Below the pieces are notes generated by a model. The model worked only from the letters and a program-made list of their open reading frames with translations, did no database searches and was not told where the DNA came from. From Terriglobia bacterium (lineage in GTDB: Bacteria > Acidobacteriota > Terriglobia > Versatilivoradales > Versatilivoraceae), in the NCBI GenBank assembly GCA_963665655.1, contig OY762429.1:248161-312160 (forward strand): a stretch of 64,000 nt of DNA, read 5' to 3'. The first letter of the stretch is position 1, and the number at the start of each line of letters is the position of its first letter. This document shows positions 47,078 through 59,354 of this stretch, piece by piece. The translations under genes were made by a program, and so were the position numbers.

Positions 47078-48466
47078 TCACGCCCGGCGCCCGCGAATCC
47101 GACGCCCCCGCGGCCCCAGGAATCCATCGTAGTGGCGCATCACCAATTGGGCCTCGATCTGCTGAACGGTGTCCATGGCCACCCCCACCACAATCAACAG
47201 AGAGGTCCCCCCGAAATAAAATTGCACCCCCATGCCGTTCAAGATCCAGTTCGGCAACGTTTCGAAATAGCCGCCCACCCACGGCAGATGATGAATATGG
47301 AAACCGGTAATCATGAACTCCGGAATAACTGCAATCATGGCCAGATAGAGAGCTCCTGCAAAGGTGATGCGAGTCAGGATGGTCTCGATATATTCGGCGG
47401 TAGCCCGTCCGGGACGGATCCCCGGAATGAATCCTCCGTACTTCCTCATATTGCCGGCGACTTCCGTGGGGTTGAAGACGATGGAGGTGTAAAAGTAGCA
47501 AAAGAAGATAATGAAGGTGACATAGAGGAGGTTGTAAAGAGGCTCGCCAAATCCCAGGGCCTCGGTGAGACCCGTGAAGAAACGACTGTCCTCGAACAAC
47601 AGACCGAAGGTTTGCGGAAAGGTGAGTATGGAAGACGCAAAGATTACGGGGATCACTCCCCCGACATTCACTTTCAGCGGAAGGTGGGTCGACTGCCCCC
47701 CCATGACCCTGCGTCCCACCACGCGCTTGGCGTACTGTACCGGAATACGCCTCTGAGCCCTCTCCACCAATACGATGAATCCGACCACCACCACCATGAT
47801 GGACAGTAGCACCATGACGAACAGCGGAGACCATTGCTGCTGCACCAGCCGGGTAAAGATCTCATGGCCGGCGCTAGGCAGGCCGCTGACAATTCCGGCA
47901 AAGATGATCAGGGACATTCCGTTTCCGATGCCCCGCTCGGTGATCCTTTCTCCCAGCCACATGATAAAGGCAGTTCCCGTAGTCTGGGTCAGCATGGTCA
48001 TGAACACGAATCCAAAACCAGGGTTCAGAACCACTTGGCTTCCGCCCTCGGCAGGCATCCCCTGCAAAAAGGACGCAATGCCGAACGACTGCACCAGGCT
48101 GAGGATAACCGTCAGATATCGGGTGTACTGGGTGATCTTCTTGCGCCCGAGTTCTCCTTCCTTGGACAGTCTCTCCAGATAGGGCCAAACGACGGTCATC
48201 AACTGCAGGATGATCGAGGCCGTAATGTAGGGGGTAATGCCTAAGGCGAAAATGGTGAAGTTGCCGAAATTGCCGCCGGAGAATAGATCCAGAAAACCCA
48301 GAACCGTCCCCCGGCTGCGGTCGAAAATCTCACGCAGGGCCTCGGTGTTGATCCCGGGGGTGGGGATGAAAGCCCCGATCCTGTACACGGCCAGAATACC
48401 CAAGGTAAAGAGAATCCTCTTCCTCAGGTCATTCATATTCCAGATGTTGCGCAGGCTTTCGATCAC
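47078..48466 (-). CDS. secY: preprotein translocase subunit SecY
   Basis: [48 protein letters not shown]. Confidence 0.98.
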   Translation of the reverse strand: MIESLRNIWNMNDLRKRILFTLGILAVYRIGAFIPTPGINTEALREIFDRSRGTVLGFLDLFSGGNFGNFTIFALGITPYITASIILQLMTVVWPYLERLSKEGELGRKKITQYTRYLTVILSLVQSFGIASFLQGMPAEGGSQVVLNPGFGFVFMTMLTQTTGTAFIMWLGERITERGIGNGMSLIIFAGIVSGLPSAGHEIFTRLVQQQWSPLFVMVLLSIMVVVVGFIVLVERAQRRIPVQYAKRVVGRRVMGGQSTHLPLKVNVGGVIPVIFASSILTFPQTFGLLFEDSRFFTGLTEALGFGEPLYNLLYVTFIIFFCYFYTSIVFNPTEVAGNMRKYGGFIPGIRPGRATAEYIETILTRITFAGALYLAMIAVIPEFMITGFHIHHLPWVGGYFETLPNWILNGMGVQFYFGGTSLLIVVGVAMDTVQQIEAQLVMRHYDGFLGPRGRRIRGRRA

Positions 48467-48909
48467 TTGATTTCTTCGACGGCCCCCCCGGCCCGGCTGA
48501 TCTTGTCCCGTGCGCTTTGACTGAAGAAGTGTGCCGACACTTTCAGCGCTTTCGACACCTCGCCTCGACCCAGAATCTTCACTCCATCCTTGACTTTCTT
48601 GATGATTCCCCGTTCGACCAGGACGTCCGGGGACACCGAGGACCCGGCCCTGAACACCTGGAGCTGACTCACATTCACCACCACGATCTGTTTCCTGAAG
48701 ATGTTGGTGAAACCGCGCTTCGGCAAGCGGCGGTGCAGCGGCATCTGCCCGCCCTCGAATCCGCGCTTGGCCCTTGCGCCGGAACGAGATTTCTGTCCCT
48801 TGCTTCCCCGGCCCGCGGTCTTTCCCAGCCCGGATCCGGGCCCGATTCCCCTGCGCCTGCGGTTTCGGGTCGACCCCGGTGAAGGCTTCAGTTCGTGGAG
48901 TTCAATCAT
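48463..48909 (-). CDS. rplO: 50S ribosomal protein L15
   Basis: [35 protein letters not shown]. Confidence 0.98.
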   Translation of the reverse strand: MIELHELKPSPGSTRNRRRRGIGPGSGLGKTAGRGSKGQKSRSGARAKRGFEGGQMPLHRRLPKRGFTNIFRKQIVVVNVSQLQVFRAGSSVSPDVLVERGIIKKVKDGVKILGRGEVSKALKVSAHFFSQSARDKISRAGGAVEEIK

Positions 48910-48928
48910 GGAGCAGCAGACCTCAAAT

Positions 48929-49068
48929 CAGTGGCTAGAATAGTGGTTAGTGAATAGTTTCGATTTGATCGACACGTTAAGCACCTTGCAAATCACGGAT
49001 CATCCCTTCACTCCCCACGCTTCAAACTTCACCCTTCACACTTCAAACTTCACCCTTCACTCTTCACC
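48929..49068. repeat. heptamer-repeat element between rpmD and rplO
   Basis: CTTCA(A/C)N x7 at 49020-49068 and an opposite-polarity arm CAGTGGCTAGAATAGTGGTTAGTGAATAGT at 48929-48958. Confidence 0.75.
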
Positions 49069-49265
49069 TCCAAGAGATGGCGTATCTTGAAGATCATGCC
49101 TCGAATTTCAGGAGTATCGGGCCGGGCAACCGTCTGGTTCAGCCGTCTGAATCCCAAACCCCGAATCACCTGCTTTTGCCGGGATGAGCATCCAATGCCG
49201 CTCTTGACCAGCTTAATCTTCAGAGGCATCTTCTGCGTTTTCTTGGGGTTGTCCTGTCTCATCAT
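49050..49265 (-). CDS. rpmD: 50S ribosomal protein L30 (start may be 49229)
   Basis: [10 protein letters not shown]...[10 protein letters not shown]...DTPEIRGMI...HLL. The last codons come from the heptamer repeat. Confidence 0.93.
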   Translation of the reverse strand: MMRQDNPKKTQKMPLKIKLVKSGIGCSSRQKQVIRGLGFRRLNQTVARPDTPEIRGMIFKIRHLLEVKSEG

Positions 49266-49785
49266 GCCCTTGCGGCTCCGGCGCCTGCAATATTTCCTCA
49301 GGCGACTTCCCTCTCAAACGAGCAACATCTCTAACGTCCCTGAGCTGCTGGAGGCCCTCAATGGTAGCCTTCACCACGTTGTGAGGGTTGGCGCTCCCCA
49401 GCGACTTGGTCAGTACATTCTGTATTCCTGCCGATTGAATCACGGCCCGCACCGGCCCACCGGCAATCACGCCGGTTCCATCGGGAGCCGGTTTCAGCAA
49501 CACGCGGCCCGCACCGAATCGACCGACTACCAGGTGAGGAATGGTGGTGCCCTTCATCGGGACACGGATCAGGTTCTTCTTGGCCGCTTCGGTCGCCTTG
49601 CGAATGGCAGAGGGAACTTCCTTGGCTTTTCCGTTACCGTAGCCCACTCTGCCGTTCTCGTCTCCGACAACCACCAGGGCACTGAAACTCAGGTTCTTGC
49701 CGCCCTTGACCACCTTGGTGACGCGATTGATCGAAACCACCTGGTCCTTGAACTGGGACTCACTCGAATCGATGTTGGATTCCAA
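49213..49785 (-). CDS. rpsE: 30S ribosomal protein S5
   Basis: TTG start after [46 protein letters not shown], acidic C-terminal tail. Confidence 0.97.
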   Translation of the reverse strand: MESNIDSSESQFKDQVVSINRVTKVVKGGKNLSFSALVVVGDENGRVGYGNGKAKEVPSAIRKATEAAKKNLIRVPMKGTTIPHLVVGRFGAGRVLLKPAPDGTGVIAGGPVRAVIQSAGIQNVLTKSLGSANPHNVVKATIEGLQQLRDVRDVARLRGKSPEEILQAPEPQGHDETGQPQENAEDASED

Positions 49786-49857
49786 ATGTCCTCCTTGAGA
49801 CACCCTGCAGCAACCGACGGAAGAATGGAACGCGCCCAGTCGGGCGCAACGCTTTTG

Positions 49858-50226
49858 TCAGAACTCCAGGCCGCCCTCTCGAGCCGCATCCGCCAATGCC
49901 TTGACCCGGCCGTGAAACAGATAGCCCCCCCGGTCGTAGACCACTCGCTTGATCCCCAGCCGGGAGGCTCGTTCAGCGATCCGGCTGCCCACGACCTTGG
50001 CCGCAGCCAAGTTGCCGCCATTCCGGTTTTGCTCGCGGATCTCCTTGTCGACGGTTGAGGCGGAGGCCAGGGTGCGGCCCTGGTCGTCATCGATGACCTG
50101 GGCGTAAATGTGACTGGCCGAGCGGAATACGGCGAGCCGAGGCCGTTCGCCCGAGCCTCGGATCTTCTTGCGCACCCGCGCGTGGATGCGTTTGCGAATG
50201 TGACCTCTGGAAATCCGTTTAGCCAT
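49858..50226 (-). CDS. rplR: 50S ribosomal protein L18
   Basis: [39 protein letters not shown]. Confidence 0.98.
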   Translation of the reverse strand: MAKRISRGHIRKRIHARVRKKIRGSGERPRLAVFRSASHIYAQVIDDDQGRTLASASTVDKEIREQNRNGGNLAAAKVVGSRIAERASRLGIKRVVYDRGGYLFHGRVKALADAAREGGLEF

Positions 50227-50265
50227 CTATCTCTTCTTGGGCGGCCTCGACCGGCGGCTCCGCCG

Positions 50266-50805
50266 CTACTTGGCCCCCGTCTTGCCGACTTTCTTCTTGA
50301 GCTTCTCTCCCGTATAACGAATTCCCTTGTTCTTGTAGGGATCGGGCTTGCGCAAGGACCGGATGTCGGCGGCGGTCTGACCGACTTTCTGCTTGTCCAC
50401 TCCCGAGACGATCAGGTGTGTCTGTCGTTCCACCTCAACCTTGATCCCCTCGGGGATCGGAAAGTCGACGGGGTGGGAATACCCCAGACTGAAGACGACC
50501 GACTTCCCCTTGTGCTCAGCCCTGTAGCCGATGCCCACGATGTCGAGTTCCTTCCTGAATCCCCGGCTCACCCCGGCAACGGCGTTGGCCAACAAACTCC
50601 GGGCCAATCCGTGGAGCGCTCTCTGCTGCTTGGAATCCGAGGATCGGGTGGCGACCACCCCTCTCTCGGTCCGTTCAAAGCGAATTCCCTCCGGCACCAC
50701 GCTCGTCATTTGACCCTTGGGCCCCTGAATGCGGACCTGGTCGTCCCCGATGCTCACCTCGGTGCCCTCCGGAATTGAAATGATCTGTCTTCCGACTCGT
50801 GACAT
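50266..50805 (-). CDS. rplF: 50S ribosomal protein L6
   Basis: MSRVG, GPKG, GIGYRA, LGYSHP, PDPYKNKGIRY. Confidence 0.98.
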   Translation of the reverse strand: MSRVGRQIISIPEGTEVSIGDDQVRIQGPKGQMTSVVPEGIRFERTERGVVATRSSDSKQQRALHGLARSLLANAVAGVSRGFRKELDIVGIGYRAEHKGKSVVFSLGYSHPVDFPIPEGIKVEVERQTHLIVSGVDKQKVGQTAADIRSLRKPDPYKNKGIRYTGEKLKKKVGKTGAK

Positions 50806-50838
50806 GGCTGAACGTCCGCTTCAGGTTCCGAAAAGCAC

Positions 50839-51237
50839 CTACCAGATATAGCAGAGCACCTCTCCGCCAACCCCTTCCCGGCGGGCCCGGCTCCCGGTGA
50901 TCACTCCCTTGGGGGTCGTGAGGATGCTGATCCCCAGATTCCCAAGCACCGAGGGAATCCTGCGCTTGGAAGCGTAAACCCGGCAACCCGGCCTGGATAC
51001 CCGCTGCAATCCCGAAATCACCCGCTCGCCTCTGGGACCGTAACGGAGATAGATTCGCAAGAACCGCTTACTGCCCTCGTCAATGGTCTTGAAGCTGGCG
51101 ATATACCCTTCCTCCTTCAGAATCCGGGTCATTTCCGTCAGCAGGCGGGAGCAGGGAATGTCGACCTTCTGGTGCTTGGCCTGCAAGGCGTTGCGAATGA
51201 GGGTGAGGTAATTGGCGACAGGGTCAGTTAAGCTCAT
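50839..51237 (-). CDS. rpsH: 30S ribosomal protein S8
   Basis: DPVANYLTLIRN, LKEEGYI, SRPGCRVY, GGEVLCYIW. Confidence 0.98.
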   Translation of the reverse strand: MSLTDPVANYLTLIRNALQAKHQKVDIPCSRLLTEMTRILKEEGYIASFKTIDEGSKRFLRIYLRYGPRGERVISGLQRVSRPGCRVYASKRRIPSVLGNLGISILTTPKGVITGSRARREGVGGEVLCYIW

Positions 51238-51298
51238 TCTTCATCAGGCTCCAAAAAAGCGGCCCGGTTGGCCCACCGGATCGCGGACAGTATCGGGT

Positions 51299-51484
51299 TC
51301 ACCAGCTCGACTTGATGACTCCCGGAAGTTCCCCTCTCAAGGCCAACTGACGAAAGCAGAGGCGACACAACTGGAACTTGCGCAAATAACCGCGTGATCG
51401 ACCACAGAGTCTGCAGCGGTTGTATCGCCGGACCTTGAACTTGGGCTTTTTTTTGGCCTTGGCTATCAGAGCGACTCTGGCCAT
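51299..51484 (-). CDS. rpsZ: 30S ribosomal protein S14, type Z (zinc-binding)
   Basis: 61 aa with RCRLCGR...LCRLCFR and [11 protein letters not shown]. Confidence 0.96.
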   Translation of the reverse strand: MARVALIAKAKKKPKFKVRRYNRCRLCGRSRGYLRKFQLCRLCFRQLALRGELPGVIKSSW

Positions 51485-51494
51485 GGATTCAACC

Positions 51495-52034
51495 TCATCG
51501 TCGAAATGGGAGCCCCAAGAGACCCAACAGGCTTCTGGCTTCATCGTCGGTCTTGGCGCTGGTTACCATGCACACGTTCATTCCCTTGATTTTGCCGACC
51601 TTGGAGTAGTCAATCTCCGGAAACACCAACTGATCCCGCAATCCCAGCGTATAGTTCCCGCGCCCGTCGAAAGACCTGGTGGAGAGCCCTCGGAAGTCTC
51701 GGACCCTGGGAAGTGCGATGTTGATCAGACGATCGAAAAACTCGTACATGCGGCCGGACCGAAGCGTGACCGAACACGCGATCGCCATACCCTGCCGAAG
51801 CTTGAATGAAGCGATCGACTTTCGGGCCCGGTTGATGACGGGCCTCTGTCCGGTGATCGCTCCCAGTTCGTCCATGGCCGAATCCAGCAGCTTGGGGTTC
51901 TGGATCGCTTCTCCCAGGCCGATGTTGACCACGATCTTTTCCAGCTTGGGCACCGCCATCACATTGGTGTAGCCAAACTCCTTCTGCAGAGCCGTCATGA
52001 TTTCCTTCCGATAGCGGTCCTTGAGTCGGCTCAT
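51495..52034 (-). CDS. rplE: 50S ribosomal protein L5
   Basis: [37 protein letters not shown]. Confidence 0.98.
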   Translation of the reverse strand: MSRLKDRYRKEIMTALQKEFGYTNVMAVPKLEKIVVNIGLGEAIQNPKLLDSAMDELGAITGQRPVINRARKSIASFKLRQGMAIACSVTLRSGRMYEFFDRLINIALPRVRDFRGLSTRSFDGRGNYTLGLRDQLVFPEIDYSKVGKIKGMNVCMVTSAKTDDEARSLLGLLGLPFRR

Positions 52035-52069
52035 GAATTCTTCCTCTCCAGCAGGCCCACCCTCGGGAG

Positions 52070-52405
52070 TCAGCGGTCCAGCGAGGCCTCGCACTTGCGA
52101 CAAGTCCGAATCTTCTTTCCATCGGCCAGAACCTGGTGGCCGATTCGGGTCGGCTGCCCGCAGGCTCCGCAAACGATCATTACGTTGGAGACGTGTATGG
52201 GGCCTTCCCGTTCCACAATACCGCCCTTCAGATTCCGGCTGGGGTTGGGACGGGTGTGGCGCTTGACCATATTGACTCCTTCCACAACCACCCGCTGCTG
52301 GCTGCGGATCACGCGCAACACGCGACCGACTTCCTTGACGTTCTTTCCCGCAATGACCCTGACCTGGTCGTTTCTCCGGATATCGATTCGATGGGGACGC
52401 CCCAT
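52070..52405 (-). CDS. rplX: 50S ribosomal protein L24
   Basis: [35 protein letters not shown]. Confidence 0.97.
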   Translation of the reverse strand: MGRPHRIDIRRNDQVRVIAGKNVKEVGRVLRVIRSQQRVVVEGVNMVKRHTRPNPSRNLKGGIVEREGPIHVSNVMIVCGACGQPTRIGHQVLADGKKIRTCRKCEASLDR

Positions 52406-52406
52406 T

Positions 52407-52775
52407 TCAGATCACCTCCGGCGCCAGGGACACGATTTTCAGGAATCGCCTGTCACGCAGCTCCCGGGCAACCGGCCCGAACACGCGGGTTCCCACCGGC
52501 TCGCCCTGGTCGTTGATCACCACCGCTGCGTTCTGATCGAAGCGAATGTAGGAACCGTCCCGTCGGCGGGTCTCCTTGCGCGCCCTCACAATCACCGCCC
52601 TGACTACCCTCCCCTTCTTGACATTGCCATCGGGGGTCACGTCCTTGACGGCCGCCGTCACCACGTCTCCCAAGGCGGCCTTGGCCCCCGTGGAGCCTCC
52701 CAGCGGCAATATGCAGGCGAGCCTGCGAGCGCCCGAATTGTCGGCGACTTCCAGGATGGTTCCCATTTGAATCAC
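52407..52775 (-). CDS. rplN: 50S ribosomal protein L14
   Basis: GTG start. [36 protein letters not shown]; 122 aa. Confidence 0.98.
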   Translation of the reverse strand: MIQMGTILEVADNSGARRLACILPLGGSTGAKAALGDVVTAAVKDVTPDGNVKKGRVVRAVIVRARKETRRRDGSYIRFDQNAAVVINDQGEPVGTRVFGPVARELRDRRFLKIVSLAPEVI

Positions 52776-52821
52776 GGTGCAATCTCTCCGTTGACCGGCT
52801 CGGGCGCCGCACTGCCAGCGC

Positions 52822-53088
52822 TCAACCGGCCTTGGTGATGATGCGGGACACGCGCCACCGCTTGCGTTTGCTGGTAGGGCGGGTCTCCACGATGGCGACC
52901 CGATCACCGACACCGCAGGCGTTCTGCTCGTCATGAGCCAGAAAGCTGGAAGTCCTGGTGACAATGCGCCGGTAAAGAGGATGGGGCACCCGGCGTTCCA
53001 CCGAAACCACGACAGTCTTGTCCATCCCGTCGCTCTTGACGATCCCTACCTTGGCGTTCCTTCGACCTGTTTTCTCTCCGCTGCCCAT
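52822..53088 (-). CDS. rpsQ: 30S ribosomal protein S17
   Basis: [33 protein letters not shown]. Confidence 0.97.
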   Translation of the reverse strand: MGSGEKTGRRNAKVGIVKSDGMDKTVVVSVERRVPHPLYRRIVTRTSSFLAHDEQNACGVGDRVAIVETRPTSKRKRWRVSRIITKAG

Positions 53089-53131
53089 GGCCTTGCGCTC
53101 CTGATCCTGGATGGAAAGGACTCCGGTCCCT

Positions 53132-53341
53132 CTATCCCGCATCTTTGTGCTGCTGCAGTAGGCGCTCCCGTCGTATCGTCTTGATCCGGGCCACGTCCTT
53201 CTTCAACTGCTGCAGCTTGTGCGTCCCCTCCGCCTGGCCCATTGCCAGTTGTAATCGCAGTCTAAAGATCTGCTCGGCCATGTCATTTTCCTGGCTGACC
53301 AGTTCCTCGTCCGTGAATTCCCTGATCTGCTCGGGCGTCAT
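53132..53341 (-). CDS. rpmC: 50S ribosomal protein L29
   Basis: IRE...EEL...FRLRLQ...[12 protein letters not shown] overlaps the rplP stop. Confidence 0.95.
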   Translation of the reverse strand: MTPEQIREFTDEELVSQENDMAEQIFRLRLQLAMGQAEGTHKLQQLKKDVARIKTIRRERLLQQHKDAG

Positions 53342-53763
53342 GCCTCGCCCCCCGCATTGGGCCGGTAGACGAACTTGGTCTTGGCCGGCAATTTGTTGGA
53401 GGCCAAACGCATGGCTTCCCGCGCCACGTCCCGGTCCACGCCTTCCATCTCGAAGATGACCTTCCCCGGGCGGACCACGGCTACCCAATACTCGGGAGAT
53501 CCCTTGCCCTTTCCCATGCGAGTTTCTGCCGGCTTCTTGGTCACTGGCTTGTCCGGGAACAGGCGAATCCAGATCTTTCCGCCGCGCCTGACGGCGCGGG
53601 TCATGGCGATACGGGCCGCTTCGATCTGCCGATCGGTAATCCAGGCAGGTTCCAGCACCTTCAGGCCATAGTCTCCGAAGGCGATTTCCGAGCCGCGCCA
53701 GGCCTTGCCGCAGTTGCGCCCACGCTGCTGCTTGCGAAATTTGACCTTTTTGGGCATTAACAT
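53338..53763 (-). CDS. rplP: 50S ribosomal protein L16
   Basis: [28 protein letters not shown]. Confidence 0.98.
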   Translation of the reverse strand: MLMPKKVKFRKQQRGRNCGKAWRGSEIAFGDYGLKVLEPAWITDRQIEAARIAMTRAVRRGGKIWIRLFPDKPVTKKPAETRMGKGKGSPEYWVAVVRPGKVIFEMEGVDRDVAREAMRLASNKLPAKTKFVYRPNAGGEA

Positions 53764-53784
53764 TTCAGATCCCCGCCGGGTTGA

Positions 53785-54447
53785 TCAGAGTTTGACGCCG
53801 ATCTCCGAAGCCTTTTTTGTCACCGGAAAGAGGTCTCCCTTGTAAATCCAGACCTTGACGCCAATCAATCCGTAAGTGGTAAAGGATTCGGCGAAACCAT
53901 AGTCGATGTCGGCCCGCAGCGTATGGAGCGGAAGCCTACCCTGGAGGTACCACTCGGTTCGCGCGATTTCAGCTCCGTTCAGACGTCCCGCACAACAGAC
54001 CCTGATGCCCTTGGCATTGACTTTGAGGGCGGAGTCCACGGCCTTCCTCATCGCCCGACGAAACGCGATCCGCTTTTGCAACTGAAGCGCGATGGATTCG
54101 GCTACCAGTTGAGCCTCGAGTTCCGGGCGATGAATCTCATTGATGTTTATGAAAACTTCCCGATTGGTCCTCTGCTGCAAATCCACCTTGAGTTTGTCGA
54201 TCTCGGAACCCTTGCGGCCGATGATGATTCCGGGCCGGGAGGTGAAGATGGTGATTCGAATCTTGTTGCCGGGCCGCTCGATCTCGATGTTGGAGACCCC
54301 GGCGTGCCCCAACTGCTTCTTGAGTTCCTTCTTGAGGCGCAGGTCTTCGTGCAACAACCTTCCATAGTCCTTCTTGGCGTACCAGCGGGAACGCCAGGTT
54401 TTGTTGTATCCCAAGCGAAGACCAAAGGGATGTACTTTCTGTCCCAC
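53785..54447 (-). CDS. rpsC: 30S ribosomal protein S3
   Basis: [43 protein letters not shown]. Confidence 0.98.
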   Translation of the reverse strand: MGQKVHPFGLRLGYNKTWRSRWYAKKDYGRLLHEDLRLKKELKKQLGHAGVSNIEIERPGNKIRITIFTSRPGIIIGRKGSEIDKLKVDLQQRTNREVFININEIHRPELEAQLVAESIALQLQKRIAFRRAMRKAVDSALKVNAKGIRVCCAGRLNGAEIARTEWYLQGRLPLHTLRADIDYGFAESFTTYGLIGVKVWIYKGDLFPVTKKASEIGVKL

Positions 54448-54464
54448 GCGCCCCTCCTCCCTAT

Positions 54465-54800
54465 CTATTCGTCCGACACATGAATCGAGATGTGGCTCAT
54501 CCGCCGCTGATAACGCAACGCCCGCCCCATGGGAGCCGGACGCATCCGCTTCATCCGCGGTCCCTCGTTGACGTAAGCCTTGCTCACCGACAACCGGTCC
54601 ACATCGGTGGCCTCGTCCTTCTGTTCCGCGTTGGCAATGGCCGACTTCAGGACCTTGGTAACCTGCGTGGCTGCCCTCTTCTTGGTAAAGCGCAGAATGT
54701 CCAGCGCTTCCGAAACGTTTCGCCCCCGGATCAGGTCGACAACCAACCGGACCTTTTGCGGCGAGCTACGGATGAATTTTGCGGTAGCACGAGCTTCCAT
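54465..54800 (-). CDS. rplV: 50S ribosomal protein L22
   Basis: [27 protein letters not shown]. Confidence 0.98.
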   Translation of the reverse strand: MEARATAKFIRSSPQKVRLVVDLIRGRNVSEALDILRFTKKRAATQVTKVLKSAIANAEQKDEATDVDRLSVSKAYVNEGPRMKRMRPAPMGRALRYQRRMSHISIHVSDE

Positions 54801-54832
54801 CAGATTTGAGCTCCAGGCGAACCTCTCAGGCC

Positions 54833-55120
54833 TCAGGACCGCGATGCCGTTTTCTCGCTGGACTTGGAACTGTGCCCCCTGAAAAGACGGCTGGGGGAGA
54901 ATTCTCCCAACTTGTGTCCCACCATATTTTCAGTCACAAAGACCGGAATAAATTTCTTGCCGTTGTGCACCGCAAAGGTGTGGCCGACCATGTCGGGAAT
55001 GATGGTGGACCTCCGCGACCAGGTCTTGATCACCCTCTTCTCGAACCGCTTGTTCATGCCGTCCACCAACCTGGCCAGGCTGCGGTCCACAAAAGGTCCC
55101 TTTTTTACGGATCGGCCCAT
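54833..55120 (-). CDS. rpsS: 30S ribosomal protein S19
   Basis: [35 protein letters not shown]. Confidence 0.98.
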   Translation of the reverse strand: MGRSVKKGPFVDRSLARLVDGMNKRFEKRVIKTWSRRSTIIPDMVGHTFAVHNGKKFIPVFVTENMVGHKLGEFSPSRLFRGHSSKSSEKTASRS

Positions 55121-55143
55121 CTCCCCACCTCCCGGAGGTCCCG

Positions 55144-55968
55144 CTACTTGCCCCTTCGCTTCACGACAAACGAATCGGTTCTCTTGTTGTTTCGGGTCCT
55201 GAATCCCCTGGTTGGCTGTCCCCAGGGCGTCACAGGATGGCGCCCTCCGGAGGTCCTTCCCTCGCCGCCTCCGTGGGGATGGTCCACCGGGTTCATGGCC
55301 ACGCCCCGCACGGTCGGTCGACGTCCCAGCCACCGATGTTTTCCGGCCTTGCCCAGGCTGACGTTGCTGTGGTCGGTATTGCCCACCTGCCCGACCGTCG
55401 CCAGACAGTCGAGGTGGATCCTCCTGACCTCGCTGGACGGCATCTTCACCTGGGCGTAGGCGCCCTCTTTGGCAACCAGTTGAGCCGCACTCCCGGCCGA
55501 ACGGGCCATTTGGGCTCCCCCACCCTTCCGCAACTCGATGTTGTGGATGGTGGTTCCCAGCGGGATATTCTTCAGAGGAAGCGCATTGCCGACCAGAATG
55601 TCGGCTTCCGGGCCGGAAACGACCGTAGCTCCGACCTCGAGCCCCACCGGATGAATGATGTAACGCTTTTCCCCGTCCCTGTAGTGAAGCAACGCGATTC
55701 GGGCCGATCGGTTGGGATCGTATTCCACCGCGGCCACCTTGGCCGGCACCCCGAATTTGTCGCGCTTGAAATCGATGCGGCGATAGAGCCTCTTGTGCCC
55801 TCCCCCTCGATGGCGCACGGTCATGCGACCCAGATTGTTACGGCCCCCGGTCCTGGACTTGCCTGTGGTCAGGCTCTTCTTCGGACGCTTTCTGCTGAGT
55901 CCCTCGGAAGTCGTCACCGAGGTAAACCGCAGCGAGGGCGTAAAGGGTCTGAAGGTTTTAAGGCCCAT
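55144..55968 (-). CDS. rplB: 50S ribosomal protein L2
   Basis: [41 protein letters not shown]. Confidence 0.99.
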   Translation of the reverse strand: MGLKTFRPFTPSLRFTSVTTSEGLSRKRPKKSLTTGKSRTGGRNNLGRMTVRHRGGGHKRLYRRIDFKRDKFGVPAKVAAVEYDPNRSARIALLHYRDGEKRYIIHPVGLEVGATVVSGPEADILVGNALPLKNIPLGTTIHNIELRKGGGAQMARSAGSAAQLVAKEGAYAQVKMPSSEVRRIHLDCLATVGQVGNTDHSNVSLGKAGKHRWLGRRPTVRGVAMNPVDHPHGGGEGRTSGGRHPVTPWGQPTRGFRTRNNKRTDSFVVKRRGK

Positions 55969-55982
55969 GGCTAAGTAGTGGA

Positions 55983-56088
55983 TAGTGAAGAGTGAAGAGT
56001 GGTTAGTTGTGGGAACAAGACCGCACCGTATGCCATCGTTAAGCTCGTATCAAGAATGGTTGCTTTCTCCACTCTTCACTCTTCACTA
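55983..56088. repeat. perfect 20-bp heptamer-based inverted repeat (hairpin element) between rplW and rplB
   Basis: TAGTGAAGAGTGAAGAGTGG (55983-56002) / CCACTCTTCACTCTTCACTA (56069-56088) with a 66-nt spacer. Confidence 0.92.
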
Positions 56089-56376
56089 AGTAATGTCCGC
56101 GTATTCAATCATTTTCTCGCCCGGCTTCAACTTGACGAAGGCCTTCTTCCAATCGGGCCGCCGCCCGACATAGCGTCCCTGACGCCGCATTTTCCCCTTG
56201 AAGCCGGCCGTATTGACCGAAGCCACCTTGACGTTGAAGAGCTTCTCTACAGCCTGCTTGACCTGATGCTTATTGGCCCGTGCGGAGACTTCAAAGCATA
56301 GATATCTGTGGTCTTCCTTAAGACCCAAGGCTTTCTCGGTGATGATCGGGCGCTTCACGATCGAGGCCGGGTTCAC
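56086..56376 (-). CDS. rplW: 50S ribosomal protein L23
   Basis: PIITEKA, FEV...ANKHQVKQAVEKLFNVKV, WKKAFVKL. Confidence 0.98.
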   Translation of the reverse strand: MNPASIVKRPIITEKALGLKEDHRYLCFEVSARANKHQVKQAVEKLFNVKVASVNTAGFKGKMRRQGRYVGRRPDWKKAFVKLKPGEKMIEYADIT

Positions 56377-56999
56377 GCTTGCAGTCCCTCCTGAAGTTTC
56401 TCAATGGCCTTCCTGGAGAAAAGAACGCTCCTGGAATTCAGCAAATCGTAAACGGTAACCCCACGGCTGGATACGACTTTCACTTCCGGCAAATTGCCGG
56501 AGGCCCGTGCCAGGTTTTCGTTGTCCCCATTGTCCACGATGAGAAGCTTTCTTCGCGTCTCCAGCTTCCGCAGCACCTGGTCCAACTCCCTGGTCTTGTG
56601 ATTGGGCAAGGAAAAGTCGACGACCACCCTGATGCAGTTCGAGGCAAACCGGTCGCTCAGGGCCGAACGCATCGCACCCTGCAACATTTTCCTGGGAAGG
56701 CGAAAGGCGTAGGACCTGGGCTTCGGCCCATGGGCCACCCCACCCTTTCTCCAGAGTGGATTTCGGGAACTTCCAACCCGGGCTCTTCCGGTACCCTTCT
56801 GCCGCCAGGGTTTTCTACCCCCGCCACGCACCTGAGCGCGGGTCTTGGTGGCGTGCGTTCCCTGTCTGAGGCTGTCACGGTAGTGTTTCACCGCCAGATA
56901 GAGCAGGCTCTTGTTGACTTTGGCCGAAAAAACCGACTCGTGGAGATCGAGTTGACCAACCACCTCATTATCCAGATTCAACACATCAAGCGTCGCCAC
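56373..56999 (-). CDS. rplD: 50S ribosomal protein L4
   Basis: GTG start after GGAG. RQGTHATKTRAQVRGGGRKPWRQKGTGRAR and GPKPR. Confidence 0.97.
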   Translation of the reverse strand: MATLDVLNLDNEVVGQLDLHESVFSAKVNKSLLYLAVKHYRDSLRQGTHATKTRAQVRGGGRKPWRQKGTGRARVGSSRNPLWRKGGVAHGPKPRSYAFRLPRKMLQGAMRSALSDRFASNCIRVVVDFSLPNHKTRELDQVLRKLETRRKLLIVDNGDNENLARASGNLPEVKVVSSRGVTVYDLLNSRSVLFSRKAIEKLQEGLQA

Positions 57000-57040
57000 G
57001 ACCCGCTCCATTGGCCGACCGCCAAGCCGGTCCACCAGCT

Positions 57041-57673
57041 CTATGGCCGGTTCCTGCGAACAATCAAATAGTCCCCGTTGGCGCCGGGAACGGCTCCCTT
57101 GACGATCAGAAGATTCTTTTCCGCGTCCACGCGCACAACTTTCAAGCCTCTTACCGTTACTTGGCGCCGCCCCATGTGACCGGCGCCCTTCATGCCCTTG
57201 AGGACACGCGAGGGGGATGCCGACGCGCCTATCGATCCCGGAGCACGATGAAACATGGATCCATGGCTGGCCACGCCCCCCCGGAAATTGTGCCGCTTCA
57301 TCACCCCGGCGAACCCCTTGCCCTTGCTTACGCCGGTCACGTCCACTTCGTCGCTGTCGCTAAACTGGTCCACCAGCACTTTGGATCCTACCGCCGTATC
57401 TTCGACGCCATCGGACAGACGCAATTCCCTCAGGAACCGAACCGGAGCCACCTTGGCCCTCTTGAAATGGCCCCGCATGGGTTGACCGACCCGCCTGGGC
57501 GAAGTGAACTCGACCAATCCCAGTTGCACGGCGTCATAGCCTTCCCGATCGGCCGTCTTTTTCTGCACGACCACGCAAGGACCCGCCTGGATCACGGTTG
57601 CCGGAACCACACGCCCCCCGTCTTCAAACAACTGGGTCATCCCGATCTTGACACCCAGAATGCCATTCACCAT
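57041..57673 (-). CDS. rplC: 50S ribosomal protein L3
   Basis: [42 protein letters not shown]. Confidence 0.98.
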   Translation of the reverse strand: MVNGILGVKIGMTQLFEDGGRVVPATVIQAGPCVVVQKKTADREGYDAVQLGLVEFTSPRRVGQPMRGHFKRAKVAPVRFLRELRLSDGVEDTAVGSKVLVDQFSDSDEVDVTGVSKGKGFAGVMKRHNFRGGVASHGSMFHRAPGSIGASASPSRVLKGMKGAGHMGRRQVTVRGLKVVRVDAEKNLLIVKGAVPGANGDYLIVRRNRP

Positions 57674-57754
57674 GGGTCTAGCTCCCGGTCAGCGGCTGTA
57701 GGGGCCGGATCTTGTGCCGGACTGGCCGGTACGGGCGGACACAATCCTCCGCTC

Positions 57755-58081
57755 TCACTTGTGCTCCTTGCCGTATGCCTTGATCTCCACGTCAACCCCT
57801 GCCGGCAGATCGAGCTTCATCAAGGCATCGATGGTTTGCGGGGTGGGCTCCAGAATGTCCAGAAGCCGCTTGTGGGTCCGAATCTCGAATTGTTCACGCG
57901 ACTTCTTGTCCACGTGAGGGGACCGAAGGACGCAGTATTTGTTCTTGGCCGTGGGAAGCGGGATCGGCCCGGCGATTCGAGCCCCGGTTCGCCGGGCCGT
58001 ATCCACGATCTCTCCGGCGGATTGATCCAGAATCCGGTAGTCAAAGGCTTTCAATCGGATGCGTATCTTTTCGTTCAGCAT
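57755..58081 (-). CDS. rpsJ: 30S ribosomal protein S10
   Basis: [31 protein letters not shown]. Confidence 0.98.
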   Translation of the reverse strand: MLNEKIRIRLKAFDYRILDQSAGEIVDTARRTGARIAGPIPLPTAKNKYCVLRSPHVDKKSREQFEIRTHKRLLDILEPTPQTIDALMKLDLPAGVDVEIKAYGKEHK

Positions 58082-58130
58082 CAATGGCTCTCGTTCGTGG
58101 AGGCAACCGGCTCAAGGGGGTTGGGCGCTT

Positions 58131-59318
<1,188 letters not shown>

Positions 59319-59354
59319 CGCCTTTCTATCCTTTCTCCTGATCTCCCGAGGCCT

